This document shows, one piece after another, positions 13,226-26,317 of a stretch of DNA of 64,000 nt. This DNA comes from Chiloscyllium plagiosum (taxonomy: Eukaryota): the NCBI RefSeq assembly GCF_004010195.1, contig NC_057744.1, forward strand, positions 18,789,107 to 18,853,106, written 5' to 3'. The translations under genes were made by a program, and so were the position numbers. The notes below the pieces were generated by a model, which searched no databases, was not told where the DNA came from, and saw only the letters and a list, made by a program, of their open reading frames with translations. Every line of letters starts with the position of its first letter. The stretch's first letter is position 1.

Positions 13226-15741
13226 GGCTCCAATGGCCATATTCACAAAATGTTACGTGACTTTGTCAAATTTAATTTGATCTTGCTCCACTGAATTGCC
13301 TTGCAATGCATCCGTTTGTTAAAAGTGCTGTACAAATGCAACTAGCTATTGAAGCACTTAAAGACATGATAGGGTGAGGAAATGTTATTTCTTTAACTGA
13401 ACATGAGCTGACAGAAGTTCTCCATTTATTTTGGGCAGATCAACCTGCAGAGTTCTTTCCATCACTTAGTCATCACTAAGTTTTTGCTGTGGAGTATCCC
13501 CTCGACTGGAAACTTGTCAGAGCAAACATTAACAATAGGCTTGAAATGCACAATGCAGGTCATCCCCTTTTAATACGGCACACATTCTTTATAGAATCTA
13601 GTTTTCAGACATTGAGTTTGTATCTATGAGGGAAAAGTGGCAAGAGAAAGAGAAGAAGCTGAGAGATTCCATCAAGCAAGTTTTGAAGTGTGATGTTCAT
13701 CAAAATAACCCTCTGCATTCAGTGGAATTAGAACCTATTGACTGATGACTTCTTTGTGTCTGGAAGCTGCCTGAAAAGATAAAGCAGCTTACTGCACAGC
13801 TGTTAGAAACGTAACCTCTCTGTTAAAACTGGTGGGTTGCTTATTATGATCACTGTTTTGAACAAGACCTTATGTACAGTGGATAAACACAAGTTCTCAT
13901 GCCTGAAATTTGATCAGGCCTTTTTGGAAAAAAACTTTGAAGGAGACAGGTTATGAAATAGCACAACTTGAAATATTTGTTGTTCCTAAAACTATAAACA
14001 CTATGTCAGGCTGCAATCTCCTTGGATGCTCGCATGAAAGACCATATTGAATCAATAATGTAACTGTTATAGATTTATTCTGTTGAACACTGACTAAAAT
14101 TACAACAATTAAAGCATATTATAAAGCAAATCAAAATACTTGTTTATTATTAAGATTATTTATCTTAGCTGCTTTACTCATTCTTAAGAAACAATGTGGC
14201 CAATTTTCTGAGGGTTGGTGATCTTATGCAGGTTGCCACACCACCTCTTTCAATAAAAGAAACAGGCTCTACATTTCTGATTGGAGATTGTGTCTTTCAG
14301 AAATGTAGACCAGTATTTCCATTCAGACTGCTGTTTTGTACCACAGGACCATCAAAGGAAGGTAAACCATGCTTCATTTTCACAGCATAAGCTGTCATAT
14401 TCAGAAAATATAAACATGTGATTACAGTGCCATTCAGTATTACAGTGATTACATGCAACATTGATATCTTTGCTTACCATCTCACCTCTGACCATTCTGC
14501 CAGAGGTGGTCAGAGTGATCCATTTGCTAGTTGCATCTCACTGACTGGGTGCTGTTTGGTACCTTATAAAGCTGCAATTGTTTTCCTGAGATCATAATGC
14601 CAAGTAATGTTTTACAATTTTTCCCTACCACTGCTATCTGTTTTTCAGTGTCCCTCTCGTGAGGTTTTCTGTTTATACCCTCCATTATACATCTTTCAGG
14701 CCTTGGTATTCATTTTCATTGCCCCCTGCTGGTGGGATGGGGGCTTCTCTCTACAATCTATAGCTATTTGTCTGAAAGAATTCCGCTAAATTGCATTAGT
14801 TTGTTAGTTGCACTTATAATTTCACTATGCCTACATGTTTTATTGGCAATTACAGAGCCTTTAATTATGGTGGGATCAGTCTCTTCCCTCTACACTTTAC
14901 TAAATAAAAAGTTTTCTCTTTCCTCCTAAGAGTTCCATGAGGCACTTCATTTTTTAATCTGATTGCCGTGAGTGTGAAGGTCATGATTCTGTTTGTGGAA
15001 TCTGCTGCCTCAACTAATAATTCTCTTAAGCCAGAGGCAGCACCAACAACTCCCCATTTAGGCCCTCGGACCCAGCACCAAGTTAGCCAACATCTTACAG
15101 CATTAACCCAGACAATAATGCCTGTTTTTCTAACCTTTGTCACTTACATTTCCACTTTATTTCAATAGCCCATTGTCATGCCAAACTAACCTTTAATAGT
15201 ATGTGTTGGAGATATCAATTTTGAAGCACATGCATGTCATTCAATAATCACAAGCTGATTATACATCTGATAAAGTTTAAGATTGGCTCATGCTTAACTG
15301 GCAACAGATTATGCATTTACTTTCTTGTAGCAGGTCCGAAACTGGTCCCACTGTTGGAAAATTCCCTTGTGTTGGCCAGCAGTATTCTGCCCATCTCTCG
15401 GCTTGCAAAGATGCTCAAATGGCAGTCAAGTGTCTGCTAATGTTGCTCTGCCAAGGCATTAGATTTTTATTGCATGGCCCCACCGCACATGCTCCCTCAC
15501 AGCACACTCAACATGGAATCATACTTCCCAGCTCTCATTCTCCACCTCCCCAAGTCAGTGACTCATGGTCCTCACTCTCAGATTCACTGGTAAAGCACCA
15601 GGTCTTGGGTTGAATGAAAGCATCAAGTTGTGTTACTCCTGCAATCATAGAAGTTCCTCTTGTACAGTGACTTCTGACAGATTCACTAGTGAGCAGCACC
15701 TTTCAAAATCTTTCTGTTTCACTTCCCTGTATTTTGTTGTG

Positions 15742-16262
15742 GAGGTACTGGTGTTGGACTAGGATGGACAAAGTCAAACATCACGTGACACTGGGTAAAA
15801 ATCCAACAGATTTATTTAAGACCTTAAGCCTTCGAAGCTCCTGCTCCTTCCTCAGGCAGCTAGTGAGAGGGAATACATCGGACACAGAATTTATAAGTAA
15901 AAAATCAAATGGTCATACAACTTATGTGAATGTATTGAACAAACCTGGATATCTATTAAGTCTTTAATCGGTTGGAATGGAGGTACAGGTTTTGATTGGT
16001 TAATATGTAAATCCCATAATTTCTTTCAAGTCACTGCCCCAAAATATCTTCAGGTTTTATCAGGATAAAGATGACACCCCCGGTCAGAAAATGCATTTTA
16101 GGTGTGAGGCCATGTTTCAAGTCTGTTTCTAACTTATCCTGGAGCCAGACTGGTTTTATTTCCAGAGTAGGAATTTTAAAAATGTCACCTTGATTGTCTG
16201 TCTACAGATCATGCGCTTTTTGAACAAAATAGAATGTATCTGCAAATACAAATCTGAATTTT
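15742..16262 (-). mobile_element. Penelope-like element 3' fragment (family B terminal repeat)
   Basis: Minus strand carries CTGAGGAAGGAGCAGGAGCTTCGAAG (degenerate hammerhead-like core) and the aaataaa.ctgttgga terminal segment shared with 27097-27306. Confidence 0.55.
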
Positions 16263-16777
16263 ATAAATACCTTGTGTACTTCACAACAATGGATATGATG
16301 TTTATTGGCTTATTCCTGGTTATCCCGATCAGTTCCAAACCTTAGGCTCTACTTCTAGGTACTGTATTTGTAAAAGATTGCACTTTTGTTAAGGTGTTCT
16401 CCATTTGTTCCTGAATGTTGTTTCTTTTTAATCTCCTTAGCCTGTCAGTGACTGCCCTATCTGTAACTTTCATTTTGAATATTTTTACTTTAATATGCAG
16501 CTTCCATGCTGCAGACCAATCATGGTGATCCCATGAACCAGGGAGAAAAACTTTGACATGTTTGGTATCTTTTGTTCACTAAAGTATTGTATCTTATGTA
16601 TGATATCTTGACAGCCTTCACTGTTTTGCATTTATATCTAATTGTCAAAAGAATTGACCATTCTTTTAATATTTCCTGCTATTTCAATTTCTATTTAACT
16701 TCTTCTAATTGGTTCTTAATCCAGCCTCGCCTTGCTTCTATGTTCATCTCAGTATAATCACACTTTTTGTTCTTATA

Positions 16778-17232
16778 GAGTCATAGAGATGTATAGCATG
16801 AAACATACCCTTCGGTCCAGCCCGTCCATGCCGACCAGATATCCCAACCCAATCTAGTCCCACCTGCCAGCACCCGGCCCATATCCCTCCAAACCCTTCC
16901 TATTCATATACCTATCCAAATGCCTCTTAAATGTTGCAATTGTACCAGCCTCCATCACTTCCTCTGGCAGCTCATTCCATACATGTACCATCCTCTGCGT
17001 GAAAATGTTGCCCCGTAGGTCTCTTTTATATCTTTCCCCTCTCACCCTAAACGTATGCCCTCTAGTTCTGGACTCACCGACCCCAAGGAAAAGACTTTGC
17101 CTATTTATCCTATCCAAAATTATGCCCCTCATAATTTTGTTAGTCTCTATAAAGTCACCCATAGCCTGCGACGCTCCAGGGAAAACAGCCCTAGCCTGTT
17201 CAGCCTCTCCCTATAGCTCAAATCCTCTAACC
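16778..17232 (-). mobile_element. CR1 LINE 3' fragment
   Basis: ORF 16854-17162 RGNIFTQRMVHVWNELPEEVMEAG. Confidence 0.9.
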
Positions 17233-17271
17233 CTTTGTTGCCTTCACCAGTGTTTTCTCTTTCTTTTCCCA

Positions 17272-17883
17272 AGTTATGAACTAGATCTGACCCCCTCAAA
17301 ATATTTTAAGAAGGTAGCCTTGATCCTAACTTGTTCTTATTTCAAGGGTAGATGTGAAATGCCATATTGCAGACGCGATGTGATTGGTCAAATTATTCAA
17401 CGATAACCAAAAGAATTTATTTAAACACTGTGGTTATATACAACAAAAGAAAGAGGAATTTAGAATAACTTGACAAATGGAAATTGCAAAATAGACACAG
17501 TATCTATTACTAATTAACTGTTCCACTATAGTAACATCCCATAAATATACCTCTTGGCAAAAAGGAAAATTCAGACACAGATCCTCACATGCTGTTCTCC
17601 AATCTAGGATGCAAGAAAATCAAGAGAAAATTCAGAGAGTAGCAGCCAAAAGACATTCACTGAAGCTTCCAACACTTTTGAGACCCCATTAGCTTCTGAT
17701 GTTACTAAAAGAAACAAAACCCAAATATCCTGATCTATGAAACTGGCCACACCCACTCTGTTTGTAAAGAAAAAACCCAAGCCCCTATAAGTTGTTTACA
17801 CAAGTCGTCTTCAATAGACTTACAACCTCTCTTCAAAAATAAACCGGGACAAAATAACCTTTTAAATTGACAGCATCATCACA
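17272..17883. mobile_element. Probable solo LTR
   Basis: gttatgaac...catcatcaca ends and LTR-like composition; the flanking duplication is imperfect. Confidence 0.4.
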
Positions 17884-18046
17884 CCCCTATAGATATCTGT
17901 TCTGTACTCATACTTCCCAAGATGTTTTAGTCTTCATCCATGCTTTTCACATATGATGTTGCTGTTCAGTCTGTTTCCTGAGCTCAACATCATCTTTATT
18001 ACATTTCTTATATTTCTCCAGCATTTGGGATAATTGAATTCTGTTT

Positions 18047-18260
18047 TGGGCATTCCAGTGGCTCAGTGGTTATATTGCTGCCTCACAGTGCCAAGGACCC
18101 AGGTTCAATTCCACCCTCTGGTAACTGTGTAAAGTTTGAACATTCTCCCCGTGTCTATGTAGGTTTCCTCCGGGTGCTCCCATTTCCTCCACAGTCCAAA
18201 AACATGCAGGTAAGGTGGATTAGCCATGCTAACTTGCCCATAGTATCCAGGGATGTTGTG
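18047..18260 (+). mobile_element. tRNA-head SINE
   Basis: tggctcagtggtt A-box and ggttcaattcc B-box; same family as 32255 and 61033. Confidence 0.8.
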
Positions 18261-20323
18261 TGTTGTGTCGTCATAGGAGAGAGAGTAAAAGCGACTGATG
18301 GTGATTTAACCTGAGGGCCACTAGACCTCAGGCAAGGGAAGTGGTTGAGAAGGAGAGTCCTTCATGGTGACCTCAAACTGGTTTTGGAAATTGAACCCAC
18401 ACTGTTGGCATCACACAGTTTGTAAACCAACAATCCAGCCAACTGAGCTAAACCGATTCCAGGGATGTAAAGGCTAGGTGGATTAGCCACGAGAAATACA
18501 GGGTTAGGGATAGGGTAAAGAGGGAAGGCATCTGGGTTGGGTGCTCTTCAGAGGGACATTGTGGACTCAATGGGCTGAATGGCCTGCTTCCAAACTGTAG
18601 GGATTTGATGATACCATGATAATTGCTACTTAGATGTACAGAGCTTGAATCTTGCTGAAAAGAGAGGACTGTTGCTGAAACACTTTGTCTTGGATACATC
18701 AGGACAAATGTAGGAATGCCAAATTTGAAACATGTATGACAATTTGTTCCACAGGAGAGAAAAGGGTGCTGATTGTTGACAAGTCAACTCTGCTTGGACA
18801 AGGCAATGTCCTGGAGAAAACAAAGTGGAACTATAGAAGCCCCATGCTTCTAGGTAAGTCAAGCATTTCAGGCAGCTCATTTACTCTTGCTGGAAGTGGC
18901 ATTCATTCAGACTCGAGCAGCTGTTCTCTGCAAATAAACAGAACACGTTCAAGCCTTGTGCCATTTGGAATCAGCAATAATTCTATAAATTATTTTGTTA
19001 CAAGAATGATAGATCAGTGGAATTGATTATCATGATCTAACCTTCATCATGACTGCAGGATCACTATTTCCAGTCTGGCTGGGGCTAGCACAAGCCAATG
19101 ATTGTGTAGCTCTGCGAAACATCAGCCTGTGCATCAAGTAAATTTCTCCTCCTTTGATGATGAAGAAGAGGAACAGCATGAAGACCATGATTCTGACATA
19201 ATTTAGTGAATAACCAAACAAATGTTTAATTTAAATACTTTTTATTTCAATTTATAAACGTGTAAGTTCTTCTACTTTGGACACCGCTGTACAGACATTG
19301 ATCGCGTTTGAATAACAAATTTTTTCCATGAATATAAAGAGGAGATTTGATAGAGGTATTTAAAAGCATGAGGGATCTACGTAAGTTAGAAAGAAACAGT
19401 TCCTCTTGGCAGAAGAATTGAGAACTTAGAGGACACAAATTGTACGGTGACTGGCAATGGAAGCAATAACGACATTAGGAAGTAAATAATTTAACACAGG
19501 GAGTGATTAACGTCTGTAATACATTGTCTAAGAATGTTCTAGAGGCAGATTCAATTAAGGCCTTCCAAAGAGAATAGGGTCACTGTCTGAAAAGAAAATG
19601 ATTGCAGGATTGTAGGGTGTAATTGGTTAATTTGCACTTTCAGTGAGCCAACACACACAGGATACAGCAATCTGAAAGGCCCCATCCTGTGCTGTAACCA
19701 TTCTATCGATCCATAACTCGAGGATAAATGAGACATTAATACTTTACTTGTCAGCCTTCAATGTCACTCCAGTATTTACTGCGAAATGTCATGGCCAGTG
19801 AAATATTTACATTGTTGATAAGGATTCTCGTGGGCCATCTCTTAATGTTTATTATTTCATTAAAAAAAACATTGAGCATCAATCGCTTCTTTTTCGACTG
19901 TGATCACTCCATATTTTCGTTATTGGGGTAAAGCAATACTATGCAATAAATATTGTGCCTTACCCTGCAACTTGGTAGCATAGAAATCCTCTCTTTTGGA
20001 TTCAAGTGATCCAATCAGATCATTTGAACTTTAATTCTAGACATTTGATTGGGCATGCAAATTTACCATTGCAAATAAGATGCTCCATTTTAATGAACAA
20101 ACTGTTTCAGTGAAGTTTTCATTCTCCAGGACAATTGACTCTTTCCCTGGATTCATTCCAACCTGGCCACCCGACAAATGATGACGGAAGTCATTACCTT
20201 AATGAAACAACATCAACAATAAATACAACACTCTAAGAAAACAGCTCATTCTGTGTTTAAAATAAATGTGCAGATTTTCTCTTGTGAAATCCAAACGTGC
20301 ATAGACTGTTGGATTACACTCAT

Positions 20324-20544
20324 TTAGGTAGAGAGAGTCCATTCTAGAAGAATCCAAGCGAGGGTGGGGATGCTTCCTAGCAATATCCAGCTATGTCTGG
20401 AGTAGTCAGCAGAACTATCAACGTTACAAAAGTCGGTGGAGCAGCAAAGAATTTTTCTACCTCCAATGGTTATATCACTGGCATCAGCGGTACACTCCGA
20501 ATGATATGAACATTTCTTTGTGACCCTCACAATGCCAAGTCCAG
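20324..20544 (-). CDS. Ly6/uPAR protein, last exon with CCxxxxCN motif and GPI-anchor-type tail
   Basis: tattacag|(A)GLGIVRVTKKCSYHSECTADASDITIGGRKILCCSTDFCNVDSSADYSRHSWILLGSIPTLAWILLEWTLST*. With the previous exon this gives 10 Cys in LU spacing. Confidence 0.9.
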
Positions 20545-20893
20545 CTGTAATAGAATAAATAGATTAGGTGACCTTCTCATTGGTTGGTTTACATAACATG
20601 TTAAACATAATTAACATTAATCATTAAAGCTATTACTTGTTTAAATTGTATTCATCTGAAATGTTCCCCTTATCTAAATGGACAGGTGCTCGTGTGAAGC
20701 AGTGAGTAGCCCTGCTGTCTTTACATCAGAGGCTCCAGGTTCAAGGCCCACTCCTGGACCTGATGGCTATGAAAGGAGTGATCATAACAAGGCCAAATGG
20801 AGTGGTCATTAAGCTGGAAATCCTTCCTAAAGGCTTATGGGAAGAGCAGATGAGTTTCCTGGTCAGCCACGCTTGATGGGGACTGTCATCCAA

Positions 20894-20982
20894 GTCAAAA
20901 AATGTGGTGCTGGAAAAGCACAGCAAGTCAGGCAGCAACCTAGGAGCAGGAGAGTCGACGTTTCGGGATTTAGCCCTTCATC
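20894..20982 (-). mobile_element. Penelope-type terminal repeat fragment (family A)
   Basis: gtgctggaaaagcacagcaagtcaggcagc...gtcgacgtttcgggatttagcccttcatca. Confidence 0.7.
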
Positions 20983-21593
20983 ACTACAGTCTCTGATGAC
21001 TGTAAAATAAAGAGTCAACTATAACTGTACTCTAAGAAGAAGTACTGAGCATGTGCGTAAAGAATGATACTATAGTGACATTAAATCACACAGAAGTGGA
21101 GCTTGAATCTATCAGGTTCTAGAAGATGTGCTCTTTCATATCCTTTGTGCATTGTTATGTTCAATAAAGCCTGTTAACATTCATTGACCTGAGTAACTGG
21201 GGTAGTAGCATGGTGGCTCAGTGGTTAGCACTGGTAGTTCACAGCACCAGGGACACTTCTAGTCCAATGCAGTATCAGAGATGCTGTCTTTCATTAGAGA
21301 TAGTAAACCAAGAGTTCATCTACTGCCTGGGTGGATGGAAAAGATTTCTTAGTACTATTTCAAAGAAGAACAGAGGAGTTATCCATAATCTGCCCAATAA
21401 TTATCCTTGTATCAATATCAGCCAAAGAAAATCTCATCATTAACATATTTCTGTGTGTGGGAGTTTTCTGAAAACAAACTAGCAGCAGCATTTCCTATAT
21501 TGCAACTGTGATGTCAGGCCTGGTATAGGCATGTCAGTTTATGAACTTATACTCAATAATTATTGAAATTAGACACAAAAGTGCTGTTGAGAT

Positions 21594-22298
21594 TGTTGAC
21601 ATGGGGTAAACACTCCTGCTTAATTTACAACCAGCAACACAGAAAAGATTTATCCCGTACAGTAATCTGTAAAAATGCTAGTGGCCAAGAACTATTTAAA
21701 GTACAAATTAACAACTTTATTTCTTAAAGTATAACATAGAATAATTAATTAACAACTATCTACAAGTCCTTACTCTAACCTATCTTTTACCTTCCCTTCT
21801 ATAATACTAGTCTGATAAAACTCCTGATTACGATTTACAAAACAAAGCATTTTATCTGGAAACCAGGCAGCTTTCATTCTTCTCTGTATTTTGGTCTTCT
21901 TTTCTCCTCCTTAGGGATTCTGCTACACAGATTACTGATTGATAAAGGTACCTTTTAAGAGAGCTATTTTCTGGGCAATGTGCAGATGTTGTTGGTTTGG
22001 CACTTCTCCTCCCAACTGTTCAATTTTCCCGGGTCTAATACCCCCAAAGCATCGGATTGTGTCATTGGCTTCTAAAATTGCTAAATTCAAACTGGATTGG
22101 ACTTTGATATTTTTCAGGGTATAATTTAAAGTGATTGGCCTAATTCGAATTTGTTTTGTCATTTCTAGGCAAACAGCTACCCTAGCTACCCCAGTAACTG
22201 GAGCACATGTTACATTGTATCTTATTGAGAACACTTGGTGCTGTCACTGCTAGCTTTTAACTCTCTTAAAGGTACAGTACACTCACATCTTCATAACA
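21594..22298 (-). mobile_element. Solo LTR (705 bp) in the intron of the Ly6-like gene
   Basis: TGTT...AACA termini with a 4-bp target-site duplication AGAT (21590-21593 and 22299-22302). Confidence 0.8.
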
Positions 22299-23489
22299 AG
22301 ATGTTTAGTGCAAATCATGAGATGTCTGGTACGTGCACAGATAATATCAAGTCTCTACCGAATATCTGATTAAATATGATCTTAGGTATGGGAACTTCAC
22401 AAACATATGTAGAATTCACATGCCTCATTGTTCAAGAACGGACCAACATCTAATAAATATGGAGATTCTGGAATGGTTTTTCCATGTTTCACAATGGACA
22501 AAAGGCCACGACACTAAGCATTACCGACACTTCATTGTACCGTGATGGTTTCTCCTATCCAGTCTAGGCTGCATGTTCCTCAGAGGTGTTGACTAAGCAT
22601 TCATAGGTTCAGCCTTGGGGACTGCACCCAAGGATCTAGTGGATTGACTAGCATCATCAGTCATCAGGCAGTCTACAAACCAGACTTGAAAATGAGCTAA
22701 ATTCATCAAGCAGATCAAGTATTTCGTCTGTCGCAGTTTCAATTTCACCTGGAAGTCAACTCTCTAGATATTTGACTCCATGAAATGTCACCATTTGTTG
22801 TGCGTCGTTTGCTTTATTAGATCTTTACATCAATTTTAAATCACCACTGAAGAAACCACAGGCCTATGACCTGGGAAAATTGAAATTGTAATTCAAGTCC
22901 AAATTAACTATAATTTTTAAAAATGCAATATCAATATCCCATCTTCCTATGAGTGTATAAGACCAAATATGTAGTATTACATGAATTCAGGGGTACATAT
23001 GTGAGAATAACTAACCTTATTTTAAACTCACAAAGGCTGATGTTGAATGATTAATTGGAATATATATTCAAGGATAAAAATAGATATGTTTTTTTCAACA
23101 CAAAAGCGTTGCGAATATGGTCACTAAAAGAGCATATAAGTCTGTCTGTAACAGTTGCTACACAGCAAATGTCCTGGCTTAAAAATGCTTTTCAACATTC
23201 AATCATCATGAACAGCACTATATTGACATCAGACTTCCTTTTCCTTTCTTTGCTTTTCAATACATCTGGTTATTTGAATGATGCCATCTGAAATTCAATA
23301 GATACTTTCAGGAACTTTTAATATGGATATGAATTATTGGTAGAGACTTTCTCATTCTATAACAAACACATGATAGATGTTTGAAAAGAAGTATTCAGAA
23401 TGATCCCCAAGACAGGAAAATATTGGGATATAGCTATCTTTCTTATGCCTTTTATGTGAAATATTTTATCAAAAGTGAAAAATACTCAC

Positions 23490-23618
23490 CCTGGCTAAAT
23501 CCTACTGTCTTCACAGAGGTGAGGCACATCGATTTGTTAGATGGACATAACTGATATTGTGAATTGCATTCCTCTATTAATCTGGTGTTGAGACATTGGT
23601 AACATTTCAAGGTTTCAG
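23490..23618 (-). CDS. Ly6/uPAR (three-finger, LU domain) protein, middle exon
   Basis: tattacag|(A)ETLKCYQCLNTRLIEECNSQYQLCPSNKSMCLTSVKTVGFSQ+G|gtgagt. Phase 1-1 exon with the LxCyxC start typical of LU domains. Confidence 0.9.
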
Positions 23619-24373
23619 CTGTAATAGTAATCAAAGACTGATGGTAATACAATAAAACTCAGCAAGCATTCTGTGTGAGGAGCTGTGATGTCCTGATATT
23701 ATGTCATGAGCAAACTATAGAACATATTTTTGCGAGAGGTAATTTGGAAACCAAATCTATTGATATAAATCTCTGGACAGTAAAATTCCAGTTTTCCCAG
23801 ATTCATGCAGCAACAAATGCATGGAAGTAATTAGTAACTATGAATTTATCATTGAAACACCAGAATGAAACCAGGCACATACAAACACACACAGACACAC
23901 ACACAGACACACGTATACAAGTGCACAAACAAACAATCTCCAGGTTCAAGAGTGTCAAGCAGACCAAGCTATTCCCATGCACTTCCTACCCTGTCCTTTT
24001 GAGGTGTTGAGGGTCTGGGGGCATTCTATGATTCTATGTTACTAAAGAACTCTTGCAGAGTTGCTTAAAGGTACAACTTAACAGAGGATAGGAATGACAA
24101 CTCAAGACTCCTGGTCACATGGTTTACAACAGGATAGAGAGATGGGTATAGAGGGTTGGGGGTAACAACATTGAGTAAATAAGCAATCACAGCTGTGAGG
24201 AGGGATGATATAGTGGAAGGATCTAATGATATGGCTGGAGGGAGCTAAGGAACAGAAAAGAGGCAATCACATTGCTGGAGGTATACAACAGATGTCTAAG
24301 CAGTGAGAATCATAGAATCATACAGTACAATATCTTCAGCCCATTGAAGTCTGTACCACTGAAATATATACTA

Positions 24374-25047
24374 CCATATGTACTCGTGTATAGGTTGAGT
24401 TTTGAAGACTTTTTAAAACTGAAATTAGGGGGTCGACTTATACACAAGACATTTTTTTAGAGGAGATGAAATTCATGCTTGGCATGAGTCAAAAAATGGA
24501 TAAACAAAAGCCAGATTTCTATACGAATTAATAAATAACAAAAGAAAAAGACTTATGGCCATCATTGAATATTTATCGACAAAATAACTGTCTCCATTCT
24601 GCCTGCTATGGTAGAACGGTACTGTCATATCGGATTCCAGTTACCAATACGGTAAAGCACGTGTAGGTCTACACATATGCACAAAAGTTAATAGGCATAC
24701 AAGCAGGTGGTGAGACCATCTACTGGGGTATTTGTACAATACACAGTTTATGAAATAAAAACAAAGGAGCTGTAAAAACATAAAAAGGACTGCTAGTGTT
24801 TTATTTTTAAAAAAGACCACATGAAACTGTTAATAATATACAATAAACACTTTACATGAAAAACTGATATTCACAGTAAAAAAAACTCTTCTCACCAAAT
24901 ATCACAAATATTATAGGATAAACAGGAAGAGACTCCTGAAAAACTAGGGTTGGCTTATGCTCGAGGTATATGAAAATACCAGATCTTTTGGCCAAAACTA
25001 AAGGGTCAACCTATACATAAGATTGATTTATATGTGAGTATATACGG
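24374..25047. mobile_element. Non-autonomous Tc1/mariner-superfamily DNA transposon
   Basis: Terminal inverted repeats CCATATGTACTCG / TGAGTATATACGG with TA on both sides. Confidence 0.75.
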
Positions 25048-25323
25048 TACTATCCACATTAGTCACATTTTTCTGCACTTGGCCCATAGCCTTGAATGTT
25101 ATGACACTTCAACTGTTCATCCAAGCACATTTTAAAGGTTGTGAGGTTTCTGGCCTTAACCACTTCCCAGGCAGTGCATTACAGATCCCCGCCACCCTCT
25201 GGATAAGAAATATCTTCCTCAAATCCCCTCCCACTTTAAAAGTGTTCCCCCTTGTTCTTGATGCCTTGACTAAGGGAATAGCCATTTTCTATGCACCCGA
25301 TCCTTATCCCTGATAATTTTGTA

Positions 25324-25518
25324 CAGGTTGTTCTGCAATAATGCGATAGTTGCGTTCATCTGCAACCCCGAGCTATAGAAAATTGTAGAAGAGCACCATA
25401 GAAAACTGCTCTACCTGTTCAGTAGAAAGCTTGCATTATCCAAACATCGTCCATAATTCGTCAATCGAGTTACAGCCAATTCGTGTTGACAAAATGTGCG
25501 GTATACCAGAACGACCTG
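25324..25518. mobile_element. Tc1/mariner (Tigger-like) MITE
   Basis: Terminal inverted repeats CAGGTTGTTCTG / CAGAACGACCTG with TA duplication. Confidence 0.75.
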
Positions 25519-25923
25519 TACACCCCAATCAGCTCCCTCAAACCTTGTCTGCTCCAAATAAAACAACCTGAGCTTAAAACTGAAATGCTCTATCCCAGGC
25601 AACATCCTAGTGAATCTTGTCAGCACTTGCCGAGTGTGTGTGCTTATACACGTGAATGTATACTTGCATCCTCCTCCCAGTAAAGACAGATGTGAAATAT
25701 TTGTTTTACACTCTACCAATGTCCTCTGACTTCACGCCCCCTTGGTCTCTGATAGGCCTTGGCTTTCCCTAGTTATTACCTTTCCCTTGATATACTTGTA
25801 GAATATTTTAGAATTCTCACAAATCTCACCTACCAGTGTTTTTTGTGGAAGTAGAAGAGTAAATATGTAGGCAAGTTGGTGAGATTTGCAATAACTAGCA
25901 TGGTAATTGCAGGGGTATAATTT

Positions 25924-26120
25924 AGAGTTGAGAATGTAGTGCTGGAAAAGCACAGCAGGTCAGGCAGCTTCCGATGAGCAGGAGAATCGACGTTTCAAGA
26001 ATAAGGCCTTCATGAAACATCGATTCTCCTGCTCCTTGGATGCTGCCTGACCTGCTGTGCTTTTCCAGCAACACACTCTCGACTCTGATCTCCAGCATCT
26101 GCAGTCCCCACTTTCTCCTA
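25924..26120. mobile_element. Fold-back insertion of two inverted Penelope-type terminal repeats (family A)
   Basis: Arms at about 25924-25997 and 26013-26086 are reverse complements. Confidence 0.8.
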
Positions 26121-26317
26121 GGGGATTTAATTTATCCTGATATTAACTGGGATAAAATACAAACTCATCGAGGATAGAACAGGATACTTCCTAAATGATG
26201 AAAAGATATAAACAGTGGTGGAGCAAAGTTTGGATCACCAAAGGTCTAGTTACAGATTGTAAACAGTTGAAGAAAATAATTAAAAGACTAATGCTGCCCT
26301 TTATATCAAGTGGAATC

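Larger units (their letters stand above)
9060..14063 (+). pseudogene. NNMT/INMT/PNMT-family SAM-dependent N-methyltransferase, unprocessed 3-exon pseudogene (NNMT-like)
   Basis: Exon 1 (9060-9207): MELGLTDGDCYEE/VYLETYYGSPLGNLMENDF/LPFVLKNLLKAFSR|gtgagt, with two frameshifts. Exon 2 (12569-12773) is open: GPRFHTLLEIGCGP...VLSDYASNNRQEIEQWLQNDPKAFGWSPIAKFVCELEGNR. Exon 3 (13631-14063): EKWQEKEKKLRDSIKQVLKCDVHQNNPL...CLEAA*KDKAAYCTAVRNVTSLLK/GG..., with frameshifts and a TGA. Exon structure and motifs match NNMT. Confidence 0.9.
24305..25920 (-). mobile_element. Decayed CR1 LINE hosting two DNA transposon insertions
   Basis: agaatcatagaatc tail; RFTRMLPG and FYKYIKGK fragments. Confidence 0.7.
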
